From Octopus sinensis (taxonomy: Eukaryota), in assembly GCF_006345805.1 (NCBI RefSeq), contig NC_043005.1, positions 14,384,001 through 14,448,000 of the forward strand: a DNA stretch of 64,000 bases, in the 5' to 3' direction. Of the stretch, positions 12,756 to 25,627 are shown piece after piece. Numbering within the stretch: position 1 is the stretch's first letter; each line of letters starts with the position of its first letter. The notes below the pieces were generated by a model that was not told where the DNA came from, made no database searches, and was given only the letters and a program-made list of their open reading frames with translations. The position numbers and the translations under genes were made by a program.

Positions 12756-12954
12756 ACTCTTACTCTTTTACTTGTTTCAGTCATTTGACTGCGGCCATGC
12801 TGGGGCACCGCCTTTAGTCGAGCAAATCGACCCCAGGACTTATTCTTTGTAAGCCTAGTACCTATTATATCGGTCTCTTTTGCTGAACCACTAAATAATG
12901 AGGACGTAAACACACCAGCATCGGTTGTCAAGCAATGCTAGGGTACAAACACAG

Positions 12955-13009
<55 letters not shown>

Positions 13010-13157
13010 TACGACAGGCTTCTTTCAGTTTCCGTCTACCAGATCCACTCACAAGGCATTGGTCGGCCCGGGGCTATAGCAGAAGACACTTGCCCAAGAT
13101 GCCACACAGTGGAACTGAACCCGGAACCATGTGGTTGGTTAGCAAGCTACTTACCAC
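12756..13157 (-). mobile_element. SINE family 1
   Basis: Near full-length match to the family; about 90 nt downstream of exon B. Confidence 0.9.
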
Positions 13158-13849
13158 TTAATATGAAAAATTTTAATAGAGCAACAGTAATTCTATTATT
13201 AGGTACTGTGATAAACACACATGTGACACCTCGAGAGTTTCTTCTACCAAGCTTTGGTTTAACCAAATTCTTGTGAGTGAAATTTTGCAGATAGGAATTG
13301 TGTGAAAGCTCCTTGCTGGATATGTTCCAGCACATGGGTAGCAGACTTAATCCTTTACCTGGTTTAATAGCACCACCTAATGCTGGGGGTCTTTAAGTTG
13401 GCTTTGTTGCAAGCACTCAAGCCAAGCTTTGTGGATATTGTCCTTTCTTCCTCTACCAGTGACAGGGGTACTGAAAAAGGAGTTATAGATGCTGCCCTTT
13501 TTCTTTAATTTTATAGAAAGTAGAAGAAAAATCATATATGAAATGTCTTTTATAGTTCTTAACCTTTCCATAGCCATATTGCTAATTAAATGCACTGATC
13601 TTGTGTTCCAATTAATTTTGAAAATCAGGAATTTTAGAGGATTTAATAAAATAAATAACTTTTCTTATTAAGCTGGTGTTTGAAACATAAATGGTTTTTT
13701 GATAAAATTATGATGTGAGATTTTAATTTTATTATTATCAAGTTATAAAGAATGGGTTTTGTATCACAAAACTAGGAGCAGTCTTGTGTGGATTTATAAG
13801 AAATTTAATGATTTGGTATTGAGGAAGAGGCTGTATTCCTGACTTTCAT

Positions 13850-16600
13850 ATGTTCTCTGAGATCAGTGAAATCAGTGTGGTTGATGTTCTTTTTGAATAG
13901 CTATGAGCTGATGAGCATAGACGGCAGGAAAGAAATTCTAGAAGATAAGGTTGTTGGTGGAAGGCCCGCAAGTGGGCATTGGACAGGCTGATAAAAAGAG
14001 GAAATACAAATAGGTAAAGAAAGTCTGAGTGGAAGGGAAATGAGACCAGCCAGCTCTAAAGGAGCAGAGGCCACTGTAGTAGTGATAGAAGAGGCAGTAT
14101 TCCATCTGTAGAACAGAGGCTGGAGTGTTTTGAAGAATAACATCATGCTAATCAGTTGGGTGTCCCACCCCAAATTTTTTTTCCTTTGTGGTGTCTGATG
14201 TCTGTATGTATGTATGGGAGCAGCACTGTCTTAAATGTAAGAGCAGTACTCCATTGTTGGTTTGACCTTGTGTAGCATGAGTAAATAATTATGATCTCAA
14301 GTATTTTCTGGCTTTGAAAAGTTAGGTTAGACTTTGCTATGTTGAGGATGTGAGATCATCTGGAGAGAACATCATGGATGATGAGGCTGAGGATTTGCAG
14401 TGACTTTGAGGGTTTTAGATGAATGTTGTTCATATTTAAAATGTGTGTGGGATGGGGTATAGTATTGTTTTCTTTATGTGTGTAGTGATTGTGCTTTTGT
14501 ACTTTTGAAGGAAACATGACCCCCATGAGAGAAGGTTTGTGATCTTTGTTCATGGTATCAATACAGGCTTAGTGCTAGGCATCTTGGTTGTTTGTGGATA
14601 ATGCTTGGATATGGAAGGTTAGGGAAGAGAGGATAGTGGTGTCGTCAGCATAGGAGAGGGTGTTGATAAAGTGTCTCTCAGAGAGAGTTTCTTCAGCACA
14701 TGATGCAATGATGTGACTGACAAGAAGCCACTGATAGACCCTTTAGGCAGGTAATTTAGATCAGAGATTCATATTCCAGAAAATGGTTTTATACTTAGCT
14801 TTTCTCAAGTGCAACAATATTACTTCCTCTAAATTTCTGAAGGGCAAGGGTCACTGGGGAATAATGTAACAAAGTAAGCCTCCTGTTGATCTTGGCTTTA
14901 CATAACTTATGTACTGATGATCTTTAAAGGTTGTGAGGTATTCAGCTTGTCAAACAATGTGGTTGTCAATGAATGTCTTTTATTGGAACTTTTGCGGCTA
15001 TGGTCTTGTACCTGCTGCATAGTTTGTCAGCCTATGTGCAGGATACTTTTATGAGACACCACTTGTGTAGATGGCTATTGGCTTATAATGAGCTCAACTG
15101 TCCATTGCTAGGTCCTGTTTTTAGTCCTGTAGAGTCTTCCACAACACCTGGCAAACCAGATAGGGAAGCTGGTTTAGTCATCATGGGAATGTTAAAGTCT
15201 GGTAGTTAGACCTCTCATAACATATGTCCTTAAGAACCTATGTTGGACACAGGAATGTGCATTGTCTCAGAGTTCACACAGCCTGGAGGGAAATTTGCTC
15301 TTGAGTTGGAGTCAACATCCATGAGTGATATGTGTAGACTAAAGAAGAAAAATGAATGTCCATCTCTCCTCATATGCTGGAAGTAGGAGCAATAGAGTGT
15401 TGGTTGGTGAAGTCAAAGGAGTTTCCCTTCTTAGGAATGGGATACATTGTAGCATGTGTTGAAAGATTGAGATAGATCTCCACAGAAGGAGAAAGATTGA
15501 AAAGTTTGGTGAGAAAGATCTCTGGTGTACAGTATTTGAGGGTAATAACGAAAGGGGCATTGTCAGGGCTAGTGGTTTCATTGGCTTAAAGCAACTGGAA
15601 TTGCTACAGTGTTTGGTATCCCATCTTGGATGACTGGGTAGGATAGTTTTGGAGAAGATTTTCCCAGTCTGTGCAGTGAGGTGCAAATGTTGTGATTGCC
15701 TTGTGGGAGTACTTCTTACAGAACCTTCATGGTTGAGAAGGAAAGGAAAGAGGGGCTGAATAAAGTTAATATGCTTTTGTCATTGGTCTAAAAAGAACAT
15801 GGCTGCAGTTTGGGAAAGCAAGCTTGCAGACTATGCAATGTATGGAATCATTTGCATTTCAGTTGATAGCCTTGTAGAAGTTGCAGTGGTAGGTAAAAAC
15901 CATCCAATTTGCAGAACAGGTGATTCATAGATTATGTTGTTTGCCTGAAATGCTGCAGTGAAATTAGGAGAGTGAACTACTTGGTGTATATAGTGTTTTG
16001 AGTGTCTTGTGTGTATTGGATGCAAAAAGTCATGCCTAAGAAGATGGTTTCAATCACTTTCAGTGCCATCTCTGACAGATCAAAGGTGAAGTACATCTAC
16101 TGCTAGGGAGTTACCATAGAACTAGCAGAGCTCCAACCAGTCAGCTAACTCAGTGTTATAGGGTCCAGGAATAAGTGTTATGTAATTTGTGTGGATGGTT
16201 GAGTCAAGGCATTGATTGGATGACCTAATAATTGCAGAGAATCTGATGGACTGGCAGAGGCTAGATTTGGACATAAAAAGAGAGTGGTTTTATATTCGAT
16301 AGGGATTCATGTAGGAGAAGAGTGAATGTTTTCTGTAAAGAGTGAATGTTTTCAAAAGATTCAGTTTTTTCACTAGCAACATCAGTGTGGGAAGAGATTG
16401 AGAGTCAGAAAGTGTTGTGAGAATTGAAGTTACTGGGTATGATGGCTTCAGAGATGGCACAGCATAGATGGGTTGTAGGTAAAGTGTGAGAGATTTGTGC
16501 CTCTGAGTGGAACAAGACGTATGGTTTATTTGTTAGTGGAGGTAATGTGTAGAATCTAGTATTGTATCATAAGAGTTGATATTTGCGTACTAGTTGCATG
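13850..16600 (-). mobile_element. Degenerate APE-RT LINE (CR1/L2/Jockey group)
   Basis: Minus strand FINTLSYADDTTI (about 14640-14690), KPTMEYCSYI (about 14230-14270), endonuclease-like region at 16000-16500; related fragment about 34850-35220. Confidence 0.7.
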
Positions 16601-17529
16601 AAAAACTGCTGCTCCAGTTCAACTAATTTAAACTCTATTTGAATTTTTAATATTTTATATAAACTTATAATTTTATTGTTATAAAATTTTGACTTTTCCC
16701 TGATTTTTCATTGAACTTTCTCTCTTTTAATTCGAGTTTTCCCCCTTGCTAATATAAGAAAAACATTAAAAAAACAATTGTGAACAAAAGAATAAATACA
16801 ATGATTTTTATTCATTTATTTTTGATTATTTTGGAGATGTACTTGCATAGCAAGTGCTTTGATCTGAGATCGTGTGCTGAAACGAAAACAATTGCAGCGT
16901 GGAAGGTGTTTGTAAGCCATTTAAGAAACACACAACAGTTCGCGGTCTTAAAGCGCCGAAAATATTTTGACAAATTAAACTTAAGTGTTGATTATGTTGA
17001 TAAAATTGAAAACTGACCTGAAAGAATTATTTCCCTTTAATACTACATCATTATATATCTTTTTGCCAGAAGTTTACTCATGAGTCATGATTAAAACATA
17101 AAGAAAACAATAGTCTCAGTCTGTTCAACAAGAAGAAGAAGAACAACAACAGTTACCACTGAAAAGACATGATATATTAGACAATGTAGCCCTAAGTATA
17201 CTATGTTTTAAAAAACAAAACAAGAGAAAAAACCCACCAAATGTTCATGGTTGGAATGTTTTTGGTCATAAGCCATTGGTGATAGGTCTGCTTGATCAGT
17301 TCTGAACTTGGGCTAAACATTAACAACCGCGTAATCTCATTATCATTTTCCATTTGTCTTTACGTCCCCACATGTCAGTTGAATGTCCTCTCTGTATTCA
17401 GGCCTTGTGCCTATAATAAAGAGAAAAACCACGTAATCTCAAGTTATACTGTTTTCTATCGAGTCACTGCTATTTAACTTGGAATTAGTTAATGTATAAT
17501 AGCTGCCAGATACAGTAGGTTAATATATT

Positions 17530-17807
17530 ATAATAATAATAATAATAATGAAATTATTGTATACAGTGCTGAGGTGCACCACAACTTGTCAGAAAGTGCG
17601 TATAAAGTATATGCAGTAGTGTACAAATGTCTGGAAAGTGAACAGTGTATGAGTCAGATACATGCTTGTGTGTGTATGGAGGGGAGAAAATCAGGTGTAG
17701 TGTTGGCGAATCTCAGGAAGTTTTGAAGGATGCAGTGCTCCGACAACTAACAACTGATGCCGGCAGTTTGTTCCATGGTTTAGCAACTCTCAGCGTGAAA
17801 AAATGTT
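17530..17807 (-). mobile_element. CR1 LINE 3' end with (TTA)n tail
   Basis: Encodes HFFTLRVA..WNKLPASVVSCRSTASFK; closely similar to four other copies. Confidence 0.85.
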
Positions 17808-18277
17808 ACTTAGTTCAACCGTGTCTGATTTAAGCACATTGTTCATCTTACTTAGGAGTAAATTGGTCAGTACTAAGAAGGGCATTCTGTTGTAAAATTC
17901 TTTCACCAAAACCAAGAAGAGAAATCTGAGAGTGCTTTGTTCCTGCATAGAAAAATATATTTGTAAACAATAGAAATGTGAAAATCATAAAATCTTATTT
18001 TTCCTTGTTTATAATATTTACCTGTATTAGAAATTAGTTCTAGTTTAGAAGTTGGAATATTTGGGAGGCTAAGGAGATACGCTTCTGATCACATGATCTT
18101 AGAATCCTAGAACCCTTGTGTTATATGTGTTATGTTGTTCAGCAAGGTAGATTCCTTGAATAACAAAATGCCTACACTGTTTTAAAGTAGGGAGGTCATC
18201 TAGCTATGAAAACACTGCTCAAGCAAATAAATCTTAATAAAAAATGCTTTAAAAACAGTATATATGTGTGTGTGAGT

Positions 18278-18320
<43 letters not shown>

Positions 18321-18439
18321 TACATAAGTAGAATTTGTTTGTGGCAGATGTGAAGGAGCAATAAATAATGAGAGCACACAAGAAAGAGATGTTCCAAAAT
18401 GTCCAGAAGGCTCCCTAGAAGTAGTTTCAGTTATTTAGG

Positions 18440-18990
18440 TGACTTAATTAGCAGTGGAGGAGGATGATCTGAAAGTATAGTTGCTGGGATACGAATTGGT
18501 TGGAGAAAGTTCAAAAAAGTTTTACCTCTGTTGGTAACAAAATATGTCTCTCTCAGAATGAAAAGCAGATTGTATTGGTGCCTGTGTATGAAGAGCAATG
18601 CTACATGGCTGTGAAACTTGGGCTGTGAATGCAGAGGAAATGTGAAGACTTGAAAGAAATGAAGCAAGTACGCTCTGATGGATGTGTAATGTTAGTATTC
18701 ATATACAACGAAGTACAAATGTGCTGAGAAAAAAAAAATTGGGCGTTAGAGGCATCAGATGTGGTATGCAGGAGAAATGACTGTGCTGGAATGGTCCCAT
18801 GGTGTAGATGGATGAGGATAGCTCTGTATAGAAATGGGAGGAACCTGTGTAAGAAGTAGACCTAGGAAGAACTGAAACGAAATTGTGAAGACTGATCTCA
18901 AAATGCCGAGCTTCTCAGAGGAGATGATGAGGGACCAAGATGAATGGTGATATTCTGTGCTTGAGAAGACCCATCTGTCTCAGCAGAATT
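18440..18990 (+). mobile_element. Degenerate RTE ORF 3' fragment
   Basis: Homologous to 20500-21060 (RIGWRKFKKVLPLLVTK..). Confidence 0.75.
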
Positions 18991-19531
18991 GAAGCTCTGT
19001 GAAGCCTTCCTCCACACTTCATCTTCTGACTCCTAATCTTCTACGTTGCTCTATTTTCTTTCACTCGCCCCTACAATGAACTGATATCATCTACATATAA
19101 CTCATTCCCTATCTCTAATTATCTGCCACACTACATTTTACTCCATGCACTCACCTACACATTCATCTTTTCAGATTTACAGTCCTATTCTGTCTCATAT
19201 TCATGGTATACCTGGACTTCACATCTCTTTCTTTTCTGTCTTTCTCTCTCTCAATTTCCAGGTGGATAAGCCATGTATTCACTTCCTCAGCAAGACATCT
19301 GCTCCTCTCTATAATAGTTTCTTATTCCTCCAGTCTAGTCAGTTGAAGGGCCTTATCTTTCAGGTACTTGATAATCTCACTGGTACGAGTGCCACTAAAA
19401 AGCACCCAGTACACTTTGTTAACTGGAAAGGGCATCATGCTGTAGAAACCAAACCAAAACAGAGGGCTTGTGTGTTCTTATCAAACTATCCACTGCATGC
19501 CAGCATGAAAAACAAAGAACATCAAACGATT

Positions 19532-19929
19532 AGTGGCTGTGTGGTAAGTAGCTTGCTAACCAACCACATGGTTCTGGGTTCAGTTCCACTGCGTGACATC
19601 TTGGGCAAGTGTCTTCTGCTATAGCTCCGGGCCGACCAATGCCTTGTGAGTGGTTTTAGTAGACAGAAACTGAAAGAACCTGTCGTATATATGTGTATAT
19701 ATATAAGTGTGTGTGTATATGTTTGTGTGTCTGTGTTTGTCCCCCTAGCATTGCTTGACAACCGATGCTGGTGTGTTTACATCCCCGTCACTTAGCGGTT
19801 CGGCAAAAAAGACCGATAGAATAAGTACTGGGCTTACAAAGAATAAGTCCCGGGGTCGATTTGCTCGACTAAAGGCGGTGCTCCAGCATGGCTGCAGTCA
19901 AATGACTGAAACAAGTAAAACAGTAAAAC
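19532..19929 (+). mobile_element. SINE family 1
   Basis: Full head, body and tail. Confidence 0.9.
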
Positions 19930-19949
19930 ATATATATATATATAACATC

Positions 19950-20331
19950 ATCGTTTAACGTCCACTTTCCATGCTGGCATGGATTGGATGGTTTGACTGA
20001 GGACTGGTGAGCCAGAGGCTGCACCAGGCTCAATCTGATCTGGCAAAGTTTCTACAGCTTGATGCCCTTCCTAATGCCAACTACTCTGAGAGTGTAGTGG
20101 GTGTTGTTATGTGACACCGGCACGAGGGCTGGTCAGGCAGTTCTGGCAACGACCACGCTCAAAAGGTGTTTTTTATGTGCTACCTGCACGGGAGCCGTGC
20201 GGTGGCACTGGCAATGACCCCGCTTGAATGTTGTTTTCACATGCCACTGGCACAGGTGCTGGTAATGATCATGCTCAAGTGGTGCTTTTCACGTGCCACT
20301 GCATGGGAGCCAATCCGTGGCCCTGGCAACG

Positions 20332-20335
<4 letters not shown>
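19950..20335 (-). mobile_element. RTE 3'UTR-only copy
   Basis: (CAT)n-cgtttaacgtcc..ccatgctggcatgg plus degenerate repeat modules. Confidence 0.8.
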
Positions 20336-20385
<50 letters not shown>

Positions 20386-20391
<6 letters not shown>

Positions 20392-21680
20392 GTTTTTGTA
20401 TGTGGCAGATGCTCGGGAGCATTGACCTCCGAAGATCTGCAGAAAACAACTTCCGTCACTTTGCAAGGGGAAAAATTAGAAGTAGTTGATAGCTTCCGTT
20501 ATCTAGGTGACCAAGTCAGTAGTGGGGGTGGGTGCGCTGAGAGTGTAACTGCTAGAATAAGAATAGCCTGGGCAAAGTTTAGGGAGCTCTTACCTCTGCT
20601 GGTGACAAAAGGCCTCTCGCTCAGAGTAAAGGGCAGACTGTATGATGCATGTGTACGAACTGCCATGCTACATGGCAGTGAAACATGGGCCGTGACTGCT
20701 GAGGACATGCGTAAGCTCATGAGGAATGAAGCCAGTATGCTCCGATGGATGTGTAATGTCAGTGTACTTACTCGACAGAGCATTAGTTCCTTGAGAGAAA
20801 TGTTGTACCTAAGAAGCATCAGTTGTTGTGTGCAAGAGAGATGATTGCGCTGGTATGGTCATGTGGCGAGAATGGATGAAGATAGGTGTGTGAGAAAGTG
20901 CCAATCCCTAGCAGTTGAGGGAACCCGTGGAAGAGGTAGACCCAGGAAAACCTGGGACGAGGTGGTGAAGCACGACCTTCGAACGTTAGGTCTCACCATG
21001 GAAATGACTAGAGACCGAGACCTATGGAAGTATGCTGTGCGTGAGAAGACCCGGCAAGACTAGTGAAGCCATAACCCATGGCCACTACCTGGGACGTAGT
21101 CAGTCCACCTGTGCATACCTTCCTGCTTGTGATACTTGTGAAGACCTGTTGAGGCAAGTGAAAGTCAAGTCAAATCGAATCAAATCAAATAGATGAACAT
21201 CAATGGAATTTGTATCCTTGTGGTACCAGTGTCGGTGGCACATAAGAAAACCATCCGAACGAGACCGTAGCCAGTACCGCATTGACTGGCCCTGTGCTGT
21301 GGGCACGTAACAAACACCATCCGATCGTAGCCGTTCGCCAGCCTCGTCTGGCACCTGTGTCGGTGGCACATAAAAAACACCATCCGAGCGTGGCCGTCTG
21401 CCAGCCTCGTCTGGCACCTGTGTCTGTGGCACATAAAAAACACCATTCGAGCGTGACCGTCTGCCAGCCTCGTCTGGCACCTGTGTCGGTGGCACATAAA
21501 ATCACCCACTACACTCTCGGAGTGGTTGGCATTAGGGAGGGCATCCAGCTGTAGAAACACTGCCAGATCTGACTGGCCTAGTGCAGCCTTCGGGCTTGCC
21601 AGACCCCAGTTGAACCGTCCAACCCATGCTAGCATGGAAAGCGGACGTTAAACGATGATGATGATGATGATGATGATGAT
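20386..21680 (+). mobile_element. 5'-truncated RTE LINE: ORF end, 3'UTR with tandem modules, (GAT)n tail
   Basis: LEVVDSFRYLGDQV..ARIRIAWAKFRELLPLL..LHGSETW..RWYGHVARM..GRGRPRKTW; one internal stop at 20842-20844; UTR 21064-21680. Confidence 0.93.
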
Positions 21681-21699
21681 ATATATATATATCATCATC

Positions 21700-21860
21700 A
21701 TCATCATCATTGTTTAACGTCCATCTTCCATGCATGCATAGGTAGGATGGTTGACAGGAGGCAGCCAGGTAGAAAATACCCTGGGCTACTGTGTCTTTTT
21801 TGGCAGGGATTTTACAGCTGGATGCCTTTCCTAACATTAACCACTCTGCAGAGTGAACTT
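21700..21860 (-). mobile_element. RTE tail fragment, tail-to-tail with the previous element
   Basis: (ATC)n-gtttaacgtcc..catgcatg..ggatgcctttcctaac. Confidence 0.75.
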
Positions 21861-21865
21861 GGTGT

Positions 21866-22268
21866 TACTCTTACTCTTTTACTTGTTTCAGTCATTTGAC
21901 TGTGGCCATGCTGGAGCACAGCCTTTAGTCGAGCAAATCAATCCCAGGGCTTATTCTTTGTAAGCCTACTACTTATTATATCACTCTTTTGCCGAACCGC
22001 TAAGTTACGAGGACATAAACACACCAGCATCAGTTGTCAAGCGATGTTGTGGGAACAAACACAGACACAAACATATACACACACACATACATATATACAT
22101 ATATATGATGGGCTTCTTTCAGTTTCTGCATACCAAATCCACTCACAAGGCTTTGGTTGGCCCGAGGTTATAGTAGAAGACACTTGCCCAAGATGCCATG
22201 CAGTGGGACTGAACCCGGAACCATGTGGTTCATAAGGAAGCTACTTACCACACAGCCACTCCTACGCT
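21866..22268 (-). mobile_element. SINE family 1
   Basis: Full-length family match. Confidence 0.9.
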
Positions 22269-23499
22269 TATATGTTCTTTACTTCTCTACTATAGTCTCA
22301 TTCAGTTGAAAGGGATCTTAGTCTTTCTTACAAGCTATATGGTAACCTCACTGGTGCTGGTGCCATGAAAAACGTGTCCAGTATATTCTGTAAAATGGTT
22401 GGCATTAGGAAGGGCATTCAGATATAAAAGCTATTAAAACAGACATAGCATAATGCAATTATCTGATCTGTCAGATCCTGTTGAACTGTACAACTAATAT
22501 TGGTGTGGGGAGATGGACATTAAAAGATGATGATGATGATGAAAGCCTGGATCCATTGAACATTTGCCTTATACTTTCATCTACATCAAGAATTAGGCTT
22601 AGACAGGAATATTTGGAATAATATTAATAGCTCCATTATTTGGCTTGCCTGTAAAAGAAGATGTGTATATTTTCTTTTCCCTAAATTAAATGATATTCCC
22701 CTTTGCCAGAACAATGTAAAAATTGGCTTCAACAAGATGGGGAAAAATTATTGAAATGAATCCTTTCGAAGCAGCTGAATTAAGAGATGTAATCCAGATG
22801 AATAATTTCACAGGTTTCCTCACCTGACACCTCTTCATTTTTCTTGTGAAGAGATCGAAAGTCAAAACTATTGATGTATTCAAGAAGGTAATTTCCGCTT
22901 GAAATATCTCTACATATATTGTAAGAAAGGTTCAGAGTTCATGTTATCAAATCAATGTAAATGCTTAAAGCTGGAGAGCAGCCATTAGTTTTGTTGATTG
23001 TAGCTCTGTCTGAAGTCAACTAACATCTTATCTAAGCTGTTCCCACCCAGTATTAACATGATTTACATTATTATAAAACCGACATGATATAGGACCACCA
23101 CAAACTATCATACTTGTCCTGTGGACTAAACATTCCCTATTGTGGACTGTACTTACACACGTATGCTTACATGTGTACTCTCTCTTTCTCTCTTACTCTT
23201 TCTCTTGTATGCACACATGCACACAATCATATCAAATTTCTCATTATTTATTATTGCTAATTCTTAATTAAGTAAATCCTATTTAAACTGATAACCCTTG
23301 CTGTCATCCCTATACATCTCATCCCACCCCCACCCCGTCCCTTAGACCCCCACCCTTGCTTTCCCCACTCTTGCCTCCCCCACACCCCAACACCACCACA
23401 CCATCACACCACACACCACCACACCACACACCACCATATCACACCACACCACATCACATCACACCACCCTGCACACACTAGTATTGACCACTTCCAGCA

Positions 23500-23728
23500 C
23501 ACACTGTAACATGGTTGGCGTTTGGAAGGGCATCCTTCTGTAAAAATGTGCTTGTGTCATGTAAAAAGCATCGAGTCCACTCTGTGGAGTGGTTGGTGTT
23601 AGGAAGGCATCCAGCTGTAAAATCCCTATCAAAACAGCCTAGGGTATTCTCTACTTGGCCGCCTCCTGTCATCCATCCTACCCATGCATGCATGGAAGAT
23701 GGACGTTAAACGATGATGATGATGGTGA
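23500..23728 (+). mobile_element. RTE tail fragment(s)
   Basis: Two ggttgg..ggaagggcatcc motifs, cccatgcatgcatgg hairpin, (GAT)n. Confidence 0.75.
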
Positions 23729-23999
23729 TATACAGACATACATATATGTGTGTGTGTGTGTGTAGACATCACATGATGGTTGTAAATAAGCATCATCACC
23801 CACCATACATGTAAGATTGTTCATTTCTTGTTTTCCTTGAAAAGCATGTCCGTCCATGGGGAAAATATTACCTTGCTTGGAAACAGGTGAAATCAGTGAC
23901 AGGAAAAAGCATCCAGCTGTAGAAAATCTGCTTCAACAAATTCTATCTGACCTATGTAAGCATGGAAACGTCAATGTTAAATGATTCATCATCATCATC

Positions 24000-24358
24000 A
24001 TCATCATCATCGTTTAACGTCCGTTCTCCATGCTAGCATGGGTTGGACGGTTCGACCGGGGATCTGGGAAGCCAGAAGGCTGCACCAGGCTCCAGTCTTA
24101 TCTGGCAATGTTTCTACAGCTGGATGCCCTTCCTAATGCCAACGACTCCGTGAGTGTAGTGGGTGCTTTTTACGTGCCACCCGCACAGGTGCCAGACGGA
24201 GCTGGCAAACATCCACGGACGGATGGTGCTTTTTACGTGCCACTGCCACGGGGGCCAGGCGAGGCTGGCAACGGCCACGATCAGATGGTGCTTTTTACGT
24301 GCCACTGCCACGGGGGCCAGGCGAGGCTGGCAACGGCCACGAACAGATGGTGCTTTGT
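24000..24358 (-). mobile_element. RTE 3'UTR-only copy with three repeat modules
   Basis: Reverse complement of the RTE UTR, with GGTGCTTTTTACGTGCCAC repeated. Confidence 0.9.
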
Positions 24359-24420
24359 AGAGATCATTTGTAGAGATCATAAATCTAGAGAAGAAGCACA
24401 CTCTAAGATGTAGAGCATTG

Positions 24421-24638
24421 TATATTTTAATGGGGAAGGCCAGTTTATGAGATTGCCCTGGGTTTCCTGTCTATAAAGGGTTTAGCTTTATGGCATATCA
24501 TCGGACCCCAGAACCTGTTGGCTTAAGACCTTTTAGGCCAACAGTCTTTGGAGTCTGACAATACACCATAGAGCTAAACCCTTTATGGATGGGAAACCCA
24601 GGGAAATCCCATAAACTGGTCTTCCCCATTAAAATATA
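24421..24638. mobile_element. Foldback MITE-like element
   Basis: About 72-bp terminal inverted repeats (atattttaatggggaag.ccagtttatg..aaagggtttagct.tatgg) plus an inner 12-bp IR; TA context. Confidence 0.8.
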
Positions 24639-24647
24639 TATATATAT

Positions 24648-24757
24648 AAAGTTAATCCAAACAGAAAACAAAAAAGACAACAACGCAAGGAGGTGGAACA
24701 ATTAAAGTCCACCTCCTTGCGTTGTTGTCTTTTTTGTTTTCTGTTTGGATTAACTTT
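24648..24757. repeat. Perfect 50-bp inverted repeat with a 10-nt spacer, embedded in (TA)n
   Basis: 24648-24697 is the exact reverse complement of 24708-24757. Confidence 0.95.
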
Positions 24758-25627
24758 ATATATATATATATATATATATATACACCTTAAAAACCCATGT
24801 AATTTGCACATCTGTGTAATTTACACAGGTGATTTTCAGGAGGAAAATTGTCAACAAATGTTTCTACTTGTGTAAAATTTGCACCCAAAAGATTTCAGAA
24901 TTGTCGATATGACCAGGGGGAAAAGGTTTTCAATTTAGTTGTATTTAACATAATTTCACTTACTTATGATTAGATTTTATAAAATTTTCATTAAATTAGA
25001 ATAATTTCTGTTTAACAGGTATCACATTGAAAGCTATTAAATTACAAAATGTTTGTGTTGTTTATAGTAAACTTTATTTTACATTTCTTGCCCTCAAGAG
25101 ATTATGTCCCATCTTTAGCATTCTGATCATGCAGGCAAAGACTATGGTAACCGTTCTCTCTTATTTCTTTCATTAACCCACTGATACACTAAAGTGAATG
25201 AGGTAATGCAGCTGCAATCAGGACCCGAAACCACATTATGGACATAGTTATATCATTATGCATGTACTGAACTACAGCACTTAGCTGGATGATTATATCT
25301 GTTTTACATTGGTAAGGCTTTAGATAGTAAGATGATTATCATTTTGTTATATTACATGACATACCTAACCAGACAATCATGCCCATACAACACTGAAACA
25401 TTTATCAGGTTTAGCAACAGCAATGAAAAGACATTTGAAAGTTTACAGTTTAATGCTAAGGAGCACCTATGTTGCACATCATTTCAAGTGTTGTGACCAA
25501 TACTGAACAGCTGGACATTGAATGGAAACATTTCATGAAAGCTCTTCTTTGTTGTATTGATATATATATTTGCTTTGTTGTATGTGTTTTGTATAATTTT
25601 GTTTGTAATTGTATTTTTCTTTTGTAG

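Noticed and set aside
13900-13945. CTGATGA...GAAA as a hammerhead (also CTGATGA at about 3857)
   Set aside because: No stem II or III pairing, and no NUH site at the required position.
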